Assembly (NCBI GenBank): GCA_900320485.1
Contig: ONSO01000002.1
Coordinates: 1,187-65,186, forward strand
Reading direction: 5' to 3'
DNA length: 64,000 nt
Origin: an uncultured Lachnospiraceae bacterium
GTDB lineage: Bacteria; Bacillota; Clostridia; Lachnospirales; Lachnospiraceae
A model generated the notes under the pieces. The model worked only from the letters and a program-made list of their open reading frames with translations, did not search any database and was not told the origin of the DNA. Numbering within the stretch: position 1 is the first letter of the stretch; each line of letters begins with the position of its first letter. This document shows, one piece after another, positions 16,054 to 27,254 of this stretch. The translations under genes were made by a program, and so were the position numbers.

Positions 16054-18696
16054 TCACTCAATTCCCGTCACTTTGTAATCCTTTGCCTCGACGGTATTTT
16101 TTAACGTCTCGTCGGAAACCTGTCCGTCCAGGGTTACAACTGCCGTTCCTTTCTCGTGGCTCACCTGCGCTTCGCGAACGCCGTCAAGCGCCTCCAATGC
16201 TTTCTTTACGGTTGCCTCACAGTGTCCGCACATCATTCCCTCGATCTTTATGGTCTTTACCATTTCTTCACCCTCCGTTTTTGTTTTTTCTGTTTCTTTT
16301 GCATCCGGCATCACCGGAAGATCTTTCAGCTCCACTCTCTTCTTTTTAACTTTTCCGGACTTTTGGCGTATCTTTACGAGATTCAGTCTCAATGCATTAC
16401 TTACAACGCAAAAGCTGGACAGACTCATGGCGGCGGCACCGATCATGGGGCTAAGCTTAAGTCCGAACCCGTAAAATGCCCCCGCTGCCAGCGGTATGCC
16501 AATGACGTTATAGAAAAAGGCCCAAAACAGATTCTCACAGACGTTGCGCAAGGTCGCCTGAGAAAGGCGGATGGCTGCGGGGACGTCCAATATGGAGCTC
16601 TTCATGAGTACCACGTCAGCTGCATCAATGGCCACGTCGGTACCCGCTCCTATGGCAATTCCCATGTCCGCCGTCACAAGGGCAGGTGCGTCGTTGATAC
16701 CGTCTCCAACCATGATCACCTTGCCATTTTTCTTTAAGGCTTCCACTGCCTTTGCCTTGCCGTCCGGGAAGACGCCGGCGATCACGTAATCCACTCCGGC
16801 CTGCCCTCCTATGGCTCTGGCCGTGCGTTCATTGTCTCCCGTCAGCATGATCACGTGAAGCCCCATGTTCTTCAACTGATCAATGGCTTCCACGCTGTCA
16901 TCCTTCAAGGTATCCGCCACGGCAATGATGCCGAGGATCTGATCCTTTGTCGCAAAGATCAGCGGGGTTTTCCCGGCGTCAGACAAAGCATCCACTTTAT
17001 CTTTGACGACCTGAAGCTTTTCACTGCAGACCTCACTGATCAGCCGCAGGTTTCCGCCGTATAGCATTTGACCTCCCAGCCTTCCCTGAAGACCTTTTCC
17101 GGGTATGGCCTCGAACTCCTCCACCTCCCCATTCTCCGTCTTCAGCTCCTGCTCCTCGCAAGCCGTAACAATGGCCCTTGATAAGGGATGCTCGCTTTTC
17201 TTTTCCAGCATTCCCGCTAAAAGCAGTAAACCCTTTTCTGCAGGCAGTTCCCGCAATGCCGTTCCCCGGCCCAAGGCACCGGCCCAAAATCCGGCCAGGC
17301 CATCCTCCATGGGGATCACGTCCGTGACCACGGGCTGACCATTGGTAATGGTACCCGTCTTGTCAAACACTATGACGTCAGCCTTCCCCGTCTCCTCAAG
17401 GGATACTGCCGTCTTGAAAAGAATGCCGTTTCTCGCTCCAACGCCATTGCCCACCATAATGGCCACGGGCGTTGCCAGTCCAAGGGCACAGGGACAGCTG
17501 ATCACCAAAACGGAAATAGCCCTTGCCACGGCGAATCCGGCGGTCTCTCCAAGCAAAAGCCAGATCAGGAAGGTTACCAGGGAAATGCAAAGGACCACGG
17601 GGACAAACACGCCGGAAACCCTGTCAGCGATCTTAGCAATGGGGGCCTTGGTCGCAGCCGCGTCACTTACCATCTGGATGATCTGCGACAGCGTCGTGTC
17701 CTCCCCGACCCGAAGGGCCTGACATTTCATAAATCCCGCGTTATTCATGGTTGCCGCCGAAACCTTGTCTCCCGGCTGCTTGTCTACGGGGATGCTCTCT
17801 CCCGTCAGGGCGGATTCATCCACGGCGGAGGTTCCTTCCAGCACAACGCCGTCAGCGGGAATGCTCTCTCCCGGCCTTACCACAAAGACGTCGCCGGTTT
17901 GGACGTCACTGATGGGGACCGTGACTTCCTTTCCACCCCGAAGAACGTTAGCAGTCTTCGGGGAGAGTCTCATCAGGCTTTTCAGTGCATCCGTGGTTTT
18001 TCCCTTGGATCTTGCCTCCAGCATTTTACCAACGGTGATCAGGGTAAGGATCATGGCCGCAGACTCGAAATATAGCTCATGGCCGTAGGTCATAAGTCTA
18101 TCCTCGTCCCCAAGCCTCTGGGCATCCGTCATCAGGAACAAGATCCCCGTGCTGTACAGGAAGGAAACACCGCTTCCCAAAGCCACCAACGTGTCCATGT
18201 TTGGCGACAGGTGGAACAGGCTCTTAAAACCACTGATAAAAAACTTTTGGTTGATCACCATGACAATGATGCAAAGCAGCATCTGAACAAGTGCCAGCAT
18301 CACGTGGTTTCCGTGCATGAACTTTGGCACGGGAAATCCCGCCATGGAATGTCCCATGGAAAAATACATGAGGATCAATAAAAAAGCAAGAGAAATGACA
18401 AGTCTCTTGGCAAGGACCGGCGTCTCATGATCCTTTAGGCGCTCCAATTCCTCAGAGTAATCTCCGGACCCGCGTCCTTTGCCTTCACTTGTTTCATTTC
18501 CCTTAACGGAAGCGCCGTAGCCCGCGCGGACTACGGCGTCAATGATTTGATTGTCGGTGGCATCTCCCTCCACTGCCATGGAGTTCGTCAAAAGGCTGAC
18601 GGAACATGAGGAAACGCCATCCAGTGCGCCTACTGCCTTCTCGACTCTTGCCTGGCAGGCGGCGCAGCTCATTCCGGTAATATTATACTGTTTCAT
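16054..18696 (-). CDS. copA: Cu(I)-translocating P1B-type ATPase with N- and C-terminal HMA domains
   Basis: [40 protein letters not shown]/MxxSS, C-terminal GMMCGHC. Start set at MKQYN (18696). Confidence 0.95.
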   Translation of the reverse strand: MKQYNITGMSCAACQARVEKAVGALDGVSSCSVSLLTNSMAVEGDATDNQIIDAVVRAGYGASVKGNETSEGKGRGSGDYSEELERLKDHETPVLAKRLVISLAFLLILMYFSMGHSMAGFPVPKFMHGNHVMLALVQMLLCIIVMVINQKFFISGFKSLFHLSPNMDTLVALGSGVSFLYSTGILFLMTDAQRLGDEDRLMTYGHELYFESAAMILTLITVGKMLEARSKGKTTDALKSLMRLSPKTANVLRGGKEVTVPISDVQTGDVFVVRPGESIPADGVVLEGTSAVDESALTGESIPVDKQPGDKVSAATMNNAGFMKCQALRVGEDTTLSQIIQMVSDAAATKAPIAKIADRVSGVFVPVVLCISLVTFLIWLLLGETAGFAVARAISVLVISCPCALGLATPVAIMVGNGVGARNGILFKTAVSLEETGKADVIVFDKTGTITNGQPVVTDVIPMEDGLAGFWAGALGRGTALRELPAEKGLLLLAGMLEKKSEHPLSRAIVTACEEQELKTENGEVEEFEAIPGKGLQGRLGGQMLYGGNLRLISEVCSEKLQVVKDKVDALSDAGKTPLIFATKDQILGIIAVADTLKDDSVEAIDQLKNMGLHVIMLTGDNERTARAIGGQAGVDYVIAGVFPDGKAKAVEALKKNGKVIMVGDGINDAPALVTADMGIAIGAGTDVAIDAADVVLMKSSILDVPAAIRLSQATLRNVCENLFWAFFYNVIGIPLAAGAFYGFGLKLSPMIGAAAMSLSSFCVVSNALRLNLVKIRQKSGKVKKKRVELKDLPVMPDAKETEKTKTEGEEMVKTIKIEGMMCGHCEATVKKALEALDGVREAQVSHEKGTAVVTLDGQVSDETLKNTVEAKDYKVTGIE

Positions 18697-19057
18697 GTTT
18701 TTTATAAAATGCGTTGATGCACTCGTAGGTTTTATCACTGATCACGTGCTCAATAAGACAGGCTTCTTCCGCAGCAGTCTTCTCATCAACTCCCATCAGG
18801 GTCAATACCTTGGTCAGCAGTCTGTGCTTACCATAGACTTTTTCCGCAATGGCAAGACCTGCGTCGGTAAAGGAGATATGTCCGTCCTCGCCGAATACGA
18901 TGAGATTCTGTTCCCTGAGTTTCTTCATGGCAACACTCACGCTGGGCTTTGTAACGCCCAGTTCGATGGCAACGTCGATGGAACGGACGTATCCCTGTTT
19001 TTCCTTGATGATCAAAATGCTCTCAAGATAATCCTCTGCCGATTGATTATTTTTCAT
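18683..19057 (-). CDS. DtxR/MntR family metal-dependent repressor (short form)
   Basis: [37 protein letters not shown]. Confidence 0.92.
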   Translation of the reverse strand: MKNNQSAEDYLESILIIKEKQGYVRSIDVAIELGVTKPSVSVAMKKLREQNLIVFGEDGHISFTDAGLAIAEKVYGKHRLLTKVLTLMGVDEKTAAEEACLIEHVISDKTYECINAFYKKHETV

Positions 19058-19220
19058 TTTTGTGACACGTGCCTCCGGCCGGACAACAGCTGCAGTTACA
19101 ACCGCACGAAGACATTCCCTTTCTTTTTTTCTTAAAACCATTATACAGAATGTCTCCGATAACTGCAACTAAAATCATACAAACGATGATCGTCCCGAGG
19201 TTTTCAGCAATCCACGTCAT
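19047..19220 (-). CDS. FeoB-associated Cys-rich membrane protein, 57 aa
   Basis: Hand translation [57 protein letters not shown]; overlaps the feoB stop; missed by the ORF track. Confidence 0.9.
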   Translation of the reverse strand: MTWIAENLGTIIVCMILVAVIGDILYNGFKKKRKGMSSCGCNCSCCPAGGTCHKNEK

Positions 19221-21685
19221 TATTTTACCTTTACCTTCTCCTTTAAGGTTGTTGCTTCCTTATAAGGTCTAAAGAGCAGCCACAGGAATGCTGCGATCAC
19301 GGCAATGGCTATGATAAGTCCAAGCACGTTGCCCGTTCCTAAGATCATGCTGCCGATCTGGTATACGACAAATGCCGTCACGTAAGCGAAAACACACTCG
19401 TAACCGATGGCAAACCAGGTCCACTTTGCATTGTTCATCTCTCTCTTGATGGCACCGATGGCTGCAAAGCAAGGCGCGCAGAGCAGGTTGAATATCAGGA
19501 AGCTCAGTCCGGAAGCAGTGGTAAATGCTGTTGCCAATGCTGCCCATGCGGAACCTTCGCCGCCGTACAGAACGCCCATGGTACCAACGATGTTCTCCTT
19601 CGCCACAAGTCCGGTGATGGATGCAACGGCTGCCTGCCAGTTACCAAAGCCAAGAGGTGCGAAGATCCAGGCGATCACGTTTCCAAGGGATGCAAGAATG
19701 CTGTCGCCGATCTCCTCTTCCTCCAAAAGTCCAAAGGATCCTTCCACCCAGCCGAGGCGGGACAGGAACCAGATGACAACGCTGGATACCAAAATGATGG
19801 TACCGGCCTTCTTGATAAAGCTCCAGCCTCTCTCCCACATGGAACGAAGTACGTTGGAAAGGGTAGGCCAGTGGTATGCAGGAAGCTCCATAACGAAGGG
19901 AGCAGGCTCTCCCGCAAACATCTTTGTCTTCTTCAAAATAATGCCGGAGCAGATGATGGCTGCAATACCGATAAAGTATGCTCCGGTGGAGATCCATGCG
20001 CTTCCGCCAAAGATGGCACCTGCGATCATGGCAATAAAGGGCACCTTTGCACCACAGGGAATAAACGTGGTGGTCATGATGGTCATACGTCTGTCGCGCT
20101 CATTCTCAATGGTTCTGGATGCCATGATGCCGGGAATGCCGCATCCGGTACCGATCAGGATGGGAATAAAGCTCTTTCCGGACAGGCCAAAACGTCTGAA
20201 CACGCGGTCAAGCACGAATGCCACGCGGGCCATGTAACCGCTGGCCTCAACAAAGGCAAGCATGAAGAACAGTACCAGCATCTGAGGCACAAATCCAAGT
20301 ACGGCGCCAACACCGGCTACAATACCATCAAGGATCAGGCTCTTAAGCCAATCCGAACAGCCGATGGCATCCAGGCCGCTCTCCACAAGAACGGGAACGC
20401 CGGGTACCCATACGCCGTAATCCGCGGGATCGGGCTCTTCAAATCCATTATCCTCAAAATATGCCACTGCGTCAAGATAGCTCATGGCATTTGTCTCATC
20501 CCCCGCATCCTCGGGAACGCCGTCATAATATACGGTGATCTCGCTCTGCTCCAGGGTCTCTTCATCCTCAACCACGTAGGATACGGTATTTTCCGTAGCA
20601 GTGAAGGCCTTCAGCTCAGCAATGTCTGCCTCTTCGTCAAATCCCACAAAGGCGTCCACGGCCTGCATGGCTGCGGTATAATTTTCCCCTGCTTCCTCTG
20701 CTGCCGCGGATCCGATGCCAAACAGATGGAAACCGTCACCGAACAGACCGTCATTTGCCCAGTCCGTTGCAGATGCGCCGACGCCGACCATGGCGATCCA
20801 GTAGATCAGGAACATCACCAGTGCAAAAATGGGAAGTCCAAGGAAACGGTTGGTCACCACTTTATCGATCTTATCGGAAGTGGTCAGGGCATTTGCATCC
20901 TTCTTTTTGTAAATGCCCTTCAAAAGTTCAGCGATGTATACGTATCTTTCGTTGGTGATGATGCTCTCCGCATCGTCATCCATCTCCTTCTCGGCAGCCT
21001 GAACGTCACCCTCCACGTGGGCCAGCTTATCCTGAGAAATCTTCAGCTGCTCCAGTACCTTTTCATCTCTCTCGAAGACCTTGATGGCATACCATCTCTG
21101 CTGCTCCTCGGGAAGGTCATGTACAATGGCCTCTTCGATGTGTGCGATGGCATGTTCCACGGGACCGGAGAAGGTATGCATGGGAACCTTCTTCCCTGCC
21201 TTGGCTGCGGCGATGGCTGCCTCAGCTGCCTCCAAAGTCTTCTCTCCCTTTAATGCGGAGATCTCAACGATCTCACAGCCAAGCTTGGAAGCCAGCTCCT
21301 TGGTATTTAGCTTATCTCCGTTCTTCCTCACCACGTCCATCATGTTGATGGCAATGACTACGGGAATGCCAAGCTCGATAAGCTGGGTGGTAAGATAAAG
21401 GTTTCTCTCCAGGTTCGTACCATCCACGATGTTCAGGATGGCATCGGGTCTCTCACCGATCAGAAAATTTCTTGCCACAACTTCCTCCAGGGTATAAGGA
21501 GAAAGGGAGTAGATGCCGGGAAGGTCCACAACCTGTACGTCATCATGCTTCTTTAATTTACCTTCCTTCTTCTCCACCGTTACGCCGGGCCAGTTACCCA
21601 CGAACTGGTTCGATCCGGTCAGGGAATTAAACAGGGTCGTCTTACCACTGTTAGGGTTTCCCGCAAGTGCGATTCTTATGCTCAT
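19220..21685 (-). CDS. feoB: Ferrous iron transporter B
   Basis: GNPNSGKT, VGNWPGVTVE, DLPG, NMMD, gate motifs; acidic extracellular insertion. Confidence 0.96.
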   Translation of the reverse strand: MSIRIALAGNPNSGKTTLFNSLTGSNQFVGNWPGVTVEKKEGKLKKHDDVQVVDLPGIYSLSPYTLEEVVARNFLIGERPDAILNIVDGTNLERNLYLTTQLIELGIPVVIAINMMDVVRKNGDKLNTKELASKLGCEIVEISALKGEKTLEAAEAAIAAAKAGKKVPMHTFSGPVEHAIAHIEEAIVHDLPEEQQRWYAIKVFERDEKVLEQLKISQDKLAHVEGDVQAAEKEMDDDAESIITNERYVYIAELLKGIYKKKDANALTTSDKIDKVVTNRFLGLPIFALVMFLIYWIAMVGVGASATDWANDGLFGDGFHLFGIGSAAAEEAGENYTAAMQAVDAFVGFDEEADIAELKAFTATENTVSYVVEDEETLEQSEITVYYDGVPEDAGDETNAMSYLDAVAYFEDNGFEEPDPADYGVWVPGVPVLVESGLDAIGCSDWLKSLILDGIVAGVGAVLGFVPQMLVLFFMLAFVEASGYMARVAFVLDRVFRRFGLSGKSFIPILIGTGCGIPGIMASRTIENERDRRMTIMTTTFIPCGAKVPFIAMIAGAIFGGSAWISTGAYFIGIAAIICSGIILKKTKMFAGEPAPFVMELPAYHWPTLSNVLRSMWERGWSFIKKAGTIILVSSVVIWFLSRLGWVEGSFGLLEEEEIGDSILASLGNVIAWIFAPLGFGNWQAAVASITGLVAKENIVGTMGVLYGGEGSAWAALATAFTTASGLSFLIFNLLCAPCFAAIGAIKREMNNAKWTWFAIGYECVFAYVTAFVVYQIGSMILGTGNVLGLIIAIAVIAAFLWLLFRPYKEATTLKEKVKVK

Positions 21686-21701
21686 GACTTTTCTCCTTCC
21701 A

Positions 21702-21923
21702 CTATTTCACTTCGATCATTTCCGCATCCGCCTTACGGATGGAAAGCTCGTAACCTCTTACGGTAACTTCAACGGGATCTCCCAGGGGAGCCACCTTTCT
21801 TACGTAGATGCTCGTTCCCTTTGTGATTCCCATGTCCATGATCCGTCTCTTAATGGCGCCCTCGCCATGAAGCTTTACAACGGTCACGGTTTCACCGACC
21901 TTCACGTTCTTCAATGTGTTCAC
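21702..21923 (-). CDS. feoA: FeoA
   Basis: RRIMDMGIT.G, APLGDP, RGYELSIR. Confidence 0.93.
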   Translation of the reverse strand: MNTLKNVKVGETVTVVKLHGEGAIKRRIMDMGITKGTSIYVRKVAPLGDPVEVTVRGYELSIRKADAEMIEVK

Positions 21924-21944
21924 GCTTTTTTCCTCCTTGCTTCC

Positions 21945-22166
21945 TTAAACAAACACTTTTCGGGCCATGATCTCATCCAGGGCGATCCTGGACTCCTTCA
22001 CCTTTACGATCACGTTACCGCCGATCGCACTAACCAAGGTCACGGTTCCTCCCGGCGTAAAACCCAGATTTTCCAAATGCCTTTTCACGTCTGGATTTCC
22101 GCCAACTTTTTTGATGACGTTCTCCTCCCCGGGGAGTGCGTATACTAATGGTACCATCCGCCTCAT
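21945..22166 (-). CDS. feoA: FeoA family protein (second copy)
   Basis: HLENLGF.PG, VIVKVKESRIAL. Confidence 0.9.
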   Translation of the reverse strand: MRRMVPLVYALPGEENVIKKVGGNPDVKRHLENLGFTPGGTVTLVSAIGGNVIVKVKESRIALDEIMARKVFV

Positions 22167-22196
22167 CTCCTCCCGTTTCCTAATGTTATTTTCTTA

Positions 22197-22281
22197 ATTA
22201 GACTTATCTAACTCACGGGCTAAAAAAATGGTTAGATTCGTCTAACAATATAGTTATACGAGTCTAACCTTTTTTTGTCAA
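22197..22281 (-). promoter_or_regulatory. feo promoter with three palindromic DtxR-like operators
   Basis: ATTAG-N6-CTAAC (22197-22212), GTTAG-N6-CTAAC (22231-22246), GTTAT-N6-CTAAC (22253-22268); TTGACA on the minus strand at 22276-22281. Confidence 0.75.
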
Positions 22282-22322
22282 GTCTTTTTTGAAATATCTT
22301 TTCAATTAGCCATGGCGTTGAT

Positions 22323-23258
22323 TTATTTACTCATTTCTTCCGGGTCTTCCATGGGATTTACGTGGATCATGACGTGCTTTACCAGGGGATATGTTGCCTC
22401 CAGCGCGTCATGCAACCTCTCCGCCACGGCATGGGCCTCCCGCAGTCTCAAGTTTCCGTCCACGCTGATTTCCATCTCCACGTAGATCTTCTCACCAAAC
22501 TTCCTTGTACGCAGCAGGTCAACTCCGATCTCTTGCTTCTCACCGGAAGCAAAATCCGCCACAAACTCCTTAAGCCCCTCTTCAAATTGCTCGTCGCAGG
22601 CCGTATCCAGCATTTTCTCGATGGCATCCTTGAAGATGCCGATGGCTACCCACAGGATCATGACGCAGATCAGGATTCCAGCCACCTGGTCGAGAACGGG
22701 AAACCCATGCCTTGCTCCAAAAATACCAGCCAGGGCGCCAATGGAGGATATGGCATCCGACCTGTGATGCCAGGCATCCGCCTTAAACGCGCCGGAGCGA
22801 AGTTTTTTCGCATAATGCATGGTGTACCAGAACATGGCTTCCTTCACCGCAATGGAAACTACAGCCGCAACAAGAGGCAACAGGCCTGGAATCGTTGCCT
22901 CCAGATATGACTTATTCCAAATGCTTAAAATGCAATTCCAGCCGATCCCTGCACCCGTTGCAAATAAAATGACGGACAAAAGAATGGAGGCCACGCACTC
23001 CAGACGCTCATGCCCATAGGGATGCTTTCCGTCCGCTTCCTTTCGCGACAGGACAACCCCAACATAGGCGATCAGCGTTGCAAAGACGTCGGATAGCGTG
23101 TGGATGCTGTCGGACAGCATGGCAGCTGAACGTCCCAGGATTCCCGCCAAAAGCTTAAACACGGCCAAAAATACGTTGCCCAGAATCCCCACCGCCGCCA
23201 ACTGGTTTGTAATCTGTTTGATCCTTTTCTCCTCTGGTAACTTTTCATTCTTTTCCAT
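22323..23258 (-). CDS. Cation diffusion facilitator (FieF-like) transporter
   Basis: DSIHTLSD, HPYGHERLE, ADAWHHRSD, H.MIHVNP. Confidence 0.93.
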   Translation of the reverse strand: MEKNEKLPEEKRIKQITNQLAAVGILGNVFLAVFKLLAGILGRSAAMLSDSIHTLSDVFATLIAYVGVVLSRKEADGKHPYGHERLECVASILLSVILFATGAGIGWNCILSIWNKSYLEATIPGLLPLVAAVVSIAVKEAMFWYTMHYAKKLRSGAFKADAWHHRSDAISSIGALAGIFGARHGFPVLDQVAGILICVMILWVAIGIFKDAIEKMLDTACDEQFEEGLKEFVADFASGEKQEIGVDLLRTRKFGEKIYVEMEISVDGNLRLREAHAVAERLHDALEATYPLVKHVMIHVNPMEDPEEMSK

Positions 23259-23378
23259 AGGAAACTCCTCCCAAAAAGATTAACTTAGTCTTATCACAAA
23301 GATGCTTGGTAAGTCAATGCCAACCACAGCCATTTGAAACAATTCTGTTAGATATTACGCCTCTTTCTTCAAGGACAA

Positions 23379-23407
23379 TTGACAATTTTTTTCCCGCTCC
23401 CTATAAT
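23379..23407 (+). promoter_or_regulatory. Consensus sigma-A promoter
   Basis: TTGACA-17 bp-TATAAT. Confidence 0.8.
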
Positions 23408-23492
23408 ATAAAGATGCGGAAGAATTTTGCATTTCTCATTTCTCTCTGCCAGTGACTTGTTTTAGCATATGTTATCTTAATAAGGAAGTTTC

Positions 23493-24875
23493 ATGAGCAT
23501 AAGAAAAAGTAAGATCAGCTTTACAACAAAATACGGCATTTTTATCTGTATGTTCCTGTTAGCCGCCAATTTCCTTCTCGGCATTGTATTGATGACGCAG
23601 TCCAAAAAGGCCATGACGGAACTGATCCAGGGCAAAATGCTTGGGGCTGCCAAGGTGGCTGCGGCATCCCTGGACGGAGACCTGCTTGGTTCGGTCACGT
23701 CCAGTGACGTGTCTTCCAATTCAGAGAACTATCAGCTTCTCCTAAATACCCTGAAACTGTTTCAGGATAACATGGACATGGAGTACGTCTACGCCGTCAG
23801 GCGCATAAACGATACGAAGTACACCTTTATTGTGGATCCGGATCCCGTTGATCCCGGTAAATTTGGAGAAACCATCACCTACACGGAGGCCCTGTCCCAC
23901 GCCAGCCTTGGAATGCCCTCCGTGGATGAAAAGCCCTCCTATGACAGATGGGGATATTTCTACAGCGCATACTGTCCCGTCTATGATTCTGAGGGAAGGC
24001 TTGCAGGCATAGTCGGCGTAGACTATGACGCAAGATGGTATGACGATCAGGTGGCCACAAATACGGCCAGCATCCTGCTCATCAGCATTTTCTCTCTTTT
24101 GATCTGCGGCTCAGTCATCTTCATCGCCACCAACCGTTTCAGCAAAAAGATCAAGGATCTCAATGAGGAACTGTTCGACCTGAGCAACGAGGTAGATTGT
24201 CTGAATAAAGAAGTAACTGCCAACGCCAAATTACAAAAGTCCACCACTCCCGCCTCCTGGCAGGCAAGCGCCGAAGCCGAGGACGTTGAAAAGGCCACCA
24301 GCTTTGACGTCCTGGGAGACAGGATCCGTCAGGCTCGTCAGGACGTAAAACAGTACGTATCCTTCATCAGGGAGCAGGATTACGTGGATCCCCTGACTGG
24401 CGTTGGAAACAAAACGGCCTATCTGGAATACGCAAAGGATCTGGACCTTCACTTTGGAAATGAAGAGCTGGTCTTCTCCACCGTGGTTCTCAACGTCAAT
24501 AATCTGAAAAGCATCAATGACCGCTATGACCTAAAGCTCGGCGACCGGATGATCATCGACACCGCAACGCTTCTTTTACGCGTGTTTGACCCGAAGACAG
24601 TCTTCCACTTAGAGGGCGGCAACTTTATAATCTTCATGGAGGATGCCAACCTCAACAGCCTGAACAAAGCGCTGGAAGACCTGCAAGGAAGGCTGGCAGT
24701 GTTCAACGCCTGTGAGAAAAACTACGAAACGGATCTGTCCTTTATTTGGGGCTCCTCCACGTACGACGCCTCCACGGATCAAAACTGCGGTGCCGTGATC
24801 AAAAAGGCCATGGAAGACCTGTCAAAAAACAAAGCACTTTACTATCAAAAAAATGGCGACCGGAGAAAACAATGA
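23493..24875 (+). CDS. Membrane sensor (2 TM, Cache-like loop) with degenerate GGDEF domain
   Basis: Y.DPLTGVGNK, NNLKSINDRY...GD; A-site reads EGGNF. Confidence 0.85.
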   Translation: MSIRKSKISFTTKYGIFICMFLLAANFLLGIVLMTQSKKAMTELIQGKMLGAAKVAAASLDGDLLGSVTSSDVSSNSENYQLLLNTLKLFQDNMDMEYVYAVRRINDTKYTFIVDPDPVDPGKFGETITYTEALSHASLGMPSVDEKPSYDRWGYFYSAYCPVYDSEGRLAGIVGVDYDARWYDDQVATNTASILLISIFSLLICGSVIFIATNRFSKKIKDLNEELFDLSNEVDCLNKEVTANAKLQKSTTPASWQASAEAEDVEKATSFDVLGDRIRQARQDVKQYVSFIREQDYVDPLTGVGNKTAYLEYAKDLDLHFGNEELVFSTVVLNVNNLKSINDRYDLKLGDRMIIDTATLLLRVFDPKTVFHLEGGNFIIFMEDANLNSLNKALEDLQGRLAVFNACEKNYETDLSFIWGSSTYDASTDQNCGAVIKKAMEDLSKNKALYYQKNGDRRKQ

Positions 24876-24903
24876 TCTCCGGCCGCTTTTCTTTTCCCCG
24901 CGC

Positions 24904-24980
24904 TTTTACGAGCGTCAACGTTTGTATTTCAAATTTTACCCGCATCAGCGTTTGTATTTCCAAATTTACCCGCGTCAGCG
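24904..24980. repeat. 30-bp tandem repeat, ~2.5 copies
   Basis: TTTACCCGC(A/G)TCAGCGTTTGTATTTC(A/C)AA units between convergent genes. Confidence 0.7.
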
Positions 24981-26489
24981 ATATTCTATGACGTTGCTCA
25001 CCCTTACGTAGACCTCGCCCGAATAAGCCTCCAGCCAGATCTTGCATTCCTTTCCCTCATCCAGATACTCTTTGAAGAATCCGGAAGGATCAAAGTTAGT
25101 CTCGTTCTCTGCGCCACGTCCCAGGATCTCGACTCCCTCCACGTCCAAATGCCACGTGAGATTCCATACGTCCTCATCCAAGGTGGACCGGGTAATGCTT
25201 CCGTCCTTTTCCTTTGTCAGCAGGAATTTCTCTACGACCGGCGTATTTGCAAGCACCTCCTGGCGATGGGAAAAATACTCCATCTCCTGATCTTCCCTGC
25301 CGCTGCGGCGTAAAATGACGTTGGCTGCGCAATCCTTAAAATGAAGATATCCCTCTCTTCCGATAATGCTTCCCACTTCCCCATAAGCATCCTCAATGAC
25401 GCCTTCCACGACAATGTTTTCCCATTCTCTGGAAATATAGATCTCTCCGCCCACGATCCCCGTGTAGGATCCGCCTTTTACGTAGGCATTCTTAAACTCC
25501 AGGTCCCGCACGACAACGCCGGTGGAATAACCGATAAAGGCACAATGGGACTGATTCGGCACGTCAATGCTCATGTTCAAAATGGCATGTCCCCGTCCAT
25601 CCACCACCCCGTTAAAGCGATTATCCTGAGCCCCCATCCAGCCCATGGGTACCCATTTGTACCCATCCAGATCTATGTCGTCCTCAAGATAAATCTCCAG
25701 ACTAACGGGTTCCGTGGCATAATTGGCAATGGCATTGTTGTAATATACCACGCTTGCCAGCTGCTCCGGCGTGGAGACGTGAAAGACCGGCGCATTTTCC
25801 ATGGCCCATTTTTTATCTGCCAGCTCCATGATGGATCCGGTATCGCACGATCTTTCCCAATCGGAAACGTAAGCCGTGGGATCCACGTCATACGCATATT
25901 CAGACACGTCGATGCCCCAGGCGGAATACCACTGATAGCGGTCCGCCATCATGTAAATGCCAGGTTCCGGGATGGCTACGGACAGCGTATGAGCCGCCTG
26001 ATCCAGCGTTTCCTGCCCCACCTGGTCATAAGTGCCATTAACGCTTTCATGCAAAATGATGAGATTCCGCTCCGGAATTCCCCGAAGCGCATCCTTGTTA
26101 TAATAGAACGTAAGGGTAGGCTTTGCATTCTCATCATAATCTACCCTGACCGGCACGCCCACCAGTCCAACCACGCCGCTTGCCATATATTCGATCTCAA
26201 AAACGTCCCTGACGGAGGCCGCACCAACGTCGCCGTTAGGGCCCTCGTCCTTTAATAGCACGTGCTCCACCTCGGGCTTTTTACGGTTTACAACGTCGAT
26301 CCCGTATTCCGGGCTTTTTGTCCGTGCCCCTATCTCCGTCTGTTTCTCAATCTCCCTTTTGCGCATCTCATCCCTTGCATCTCTTGCCCTCCTTAGATAG
26401 GCCCCTGTGGAAATGGTCGTCGTGACCAGAAACATCAGAAACAATCTTAATAAAAATGCCATCTTTGAGTCCCTCCCCAAACCGATCAA
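24975..26489 (-). CDS. Exported or membrane-anchored protein with GLUG/beta-helix-like region
   Basis: N-terminal hydrophobic segment; IYLEDDIDL...WVPMG...FNG..DGRGH.I.N and TGIVGG motifs. Confidence 0.7.
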   Translation of the reverse strand: MIGLGRDSKMAFLLRLFLMFLVTTTISTGAYLRRARDARDEMRKREIEKQTEIGARTKSPEYGIDVVNRKKPEVEHVLLKDEGPNGDVGAASVRDVFEIEYMASGVVGLVGVPVRVDYDENAKPTLTFYYNKDALRGIPERNLIILHESVNGTYDQVGQETLDQAAHTLSVAIPEPGIYMMADRYQWYSAWGIDVSEYAYDVDPTAYVSDWERSCDTGSIMELADKKWAMENAPVFHVSTPEQLASVVYYNNAIANYATEPVSLEIYLEDDIDLDGYKWVPMGWMGAQDNRFNGVVDGRGHAILNMSIDVPNQSHCAFIGYSTGVVVRDLEFKNAYVKGGSYTGIVGGEIYISREWENIVVEGVIEDAYGEVGSIIGREGYLHFKDCAANVILRRSGREDQEMEYFSHRQEVLANTPVVEKFLLTKEKDGSITRSTLDEDVWNLTWHLDVEGVEILGRGAENETNFDPSGFFKEYLDEGKECKIWLEAYSGEVYVRVSNVIEYR

Positions 26490-27218
26490 CTACAAAAGCA
26501 TTCCTTCACAAAGATCCCGGATGACCTCTCCCGCAAGGATCAGTCCTGCCACGGAAGGCACAAACGCCACGGAACCAGGCGTGCTTCTCCTGCCATTCTC
26601 ACCGGGAACCCCGGATTTTCTGGGTTCTTCCTTGGAATAAACACATTTCAGCTTCTTAACGCCCCGCTTTTTTAGTTCTCGCCGCATGACCTTAGCCAAA
26701 GGACACACGCTTGTCTTATATACGTCAGCCACTTCAAACGCCGCGGGATCCAGCTTATTCCCCGCGCCCATGCTGCTGATCACGGGAACGCCGGCTTCCT
26801 TTGCCGCCATCACCAAACCAATCTTTGCAGTCACCGTATCCACGGCGTCCACCACGTAATCATATTCCCGGAAAGGAAAGGCATCCGCTTCCTCCGGAAG
26901 GAAAAAGCACCGGTACTCATGGACCAGAAGATCCGGATTCACGTCAAGAAGCCGTTCCTTCATGACCTCCGTCTTGTATCTTCCGATGGAAGAATGGGTC
27001 GCTATGATCTGACGGTTCAGATTGGAAAGGCTCACCACGTCGCTATCCACCAGATCGATCTCTCCAATGCCGGACCTCACCAGCGCCTCTGCCACGTATC
27101 CTCCCACGCCGCCTATGCCAAACACGGCAACCCGGCTTTTCCTGAGCTTTTCCATGGCCTTTTCCCCAAGCAGGATTTCCGTTCTGGTAAATTGTTCCCT
27201 TCGTTCTTCTTCCTTCAT
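26490..27218 (-). CDS. tcdA: tRNA threonylcarbamoyladenosine dehydratase (ThiF family)
   Basis: GIGGVG, SNLNRQ, DAVD, SSMGAGNKLDP, CPLAKVMR, YSKE, PGS.AFVP. Confidence 0.92.
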   Translation of the reverse strand: MKEEERREQFTRTEILLGEKAMEKLRKSRVAVFGIGGVGGYVAEALVRSGIGEIDLVDSDVVSLSNLNRQIIATHSSIGRYKTEVMKERLLDVNPDLLVHEYRCFFLPEEADAFPFREYDYVVDAVDTVTAKIGLVMAAKEAGVPVISSMGAGNKLDPAAFEVADVYKTSVCPLAKVMRRELKKRGVKKLKCVYSKEEPRKSGVPGENGRRSTPGSVAFVPSVAGLILAGEVIRDLCEGMLL

Positions 27219-27254
27219 CTTGCTCCCTTAACGCTTTATCAGCATACGCTTGCT

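Noticed and set aside
19871-21253. Long antisense ORFs (460 aa here; 389 aa at 53332; 348 aa at 38382 and others)
   Set aside because: They mirror well-supported genes, lack motifs, and are expected from codon bias.
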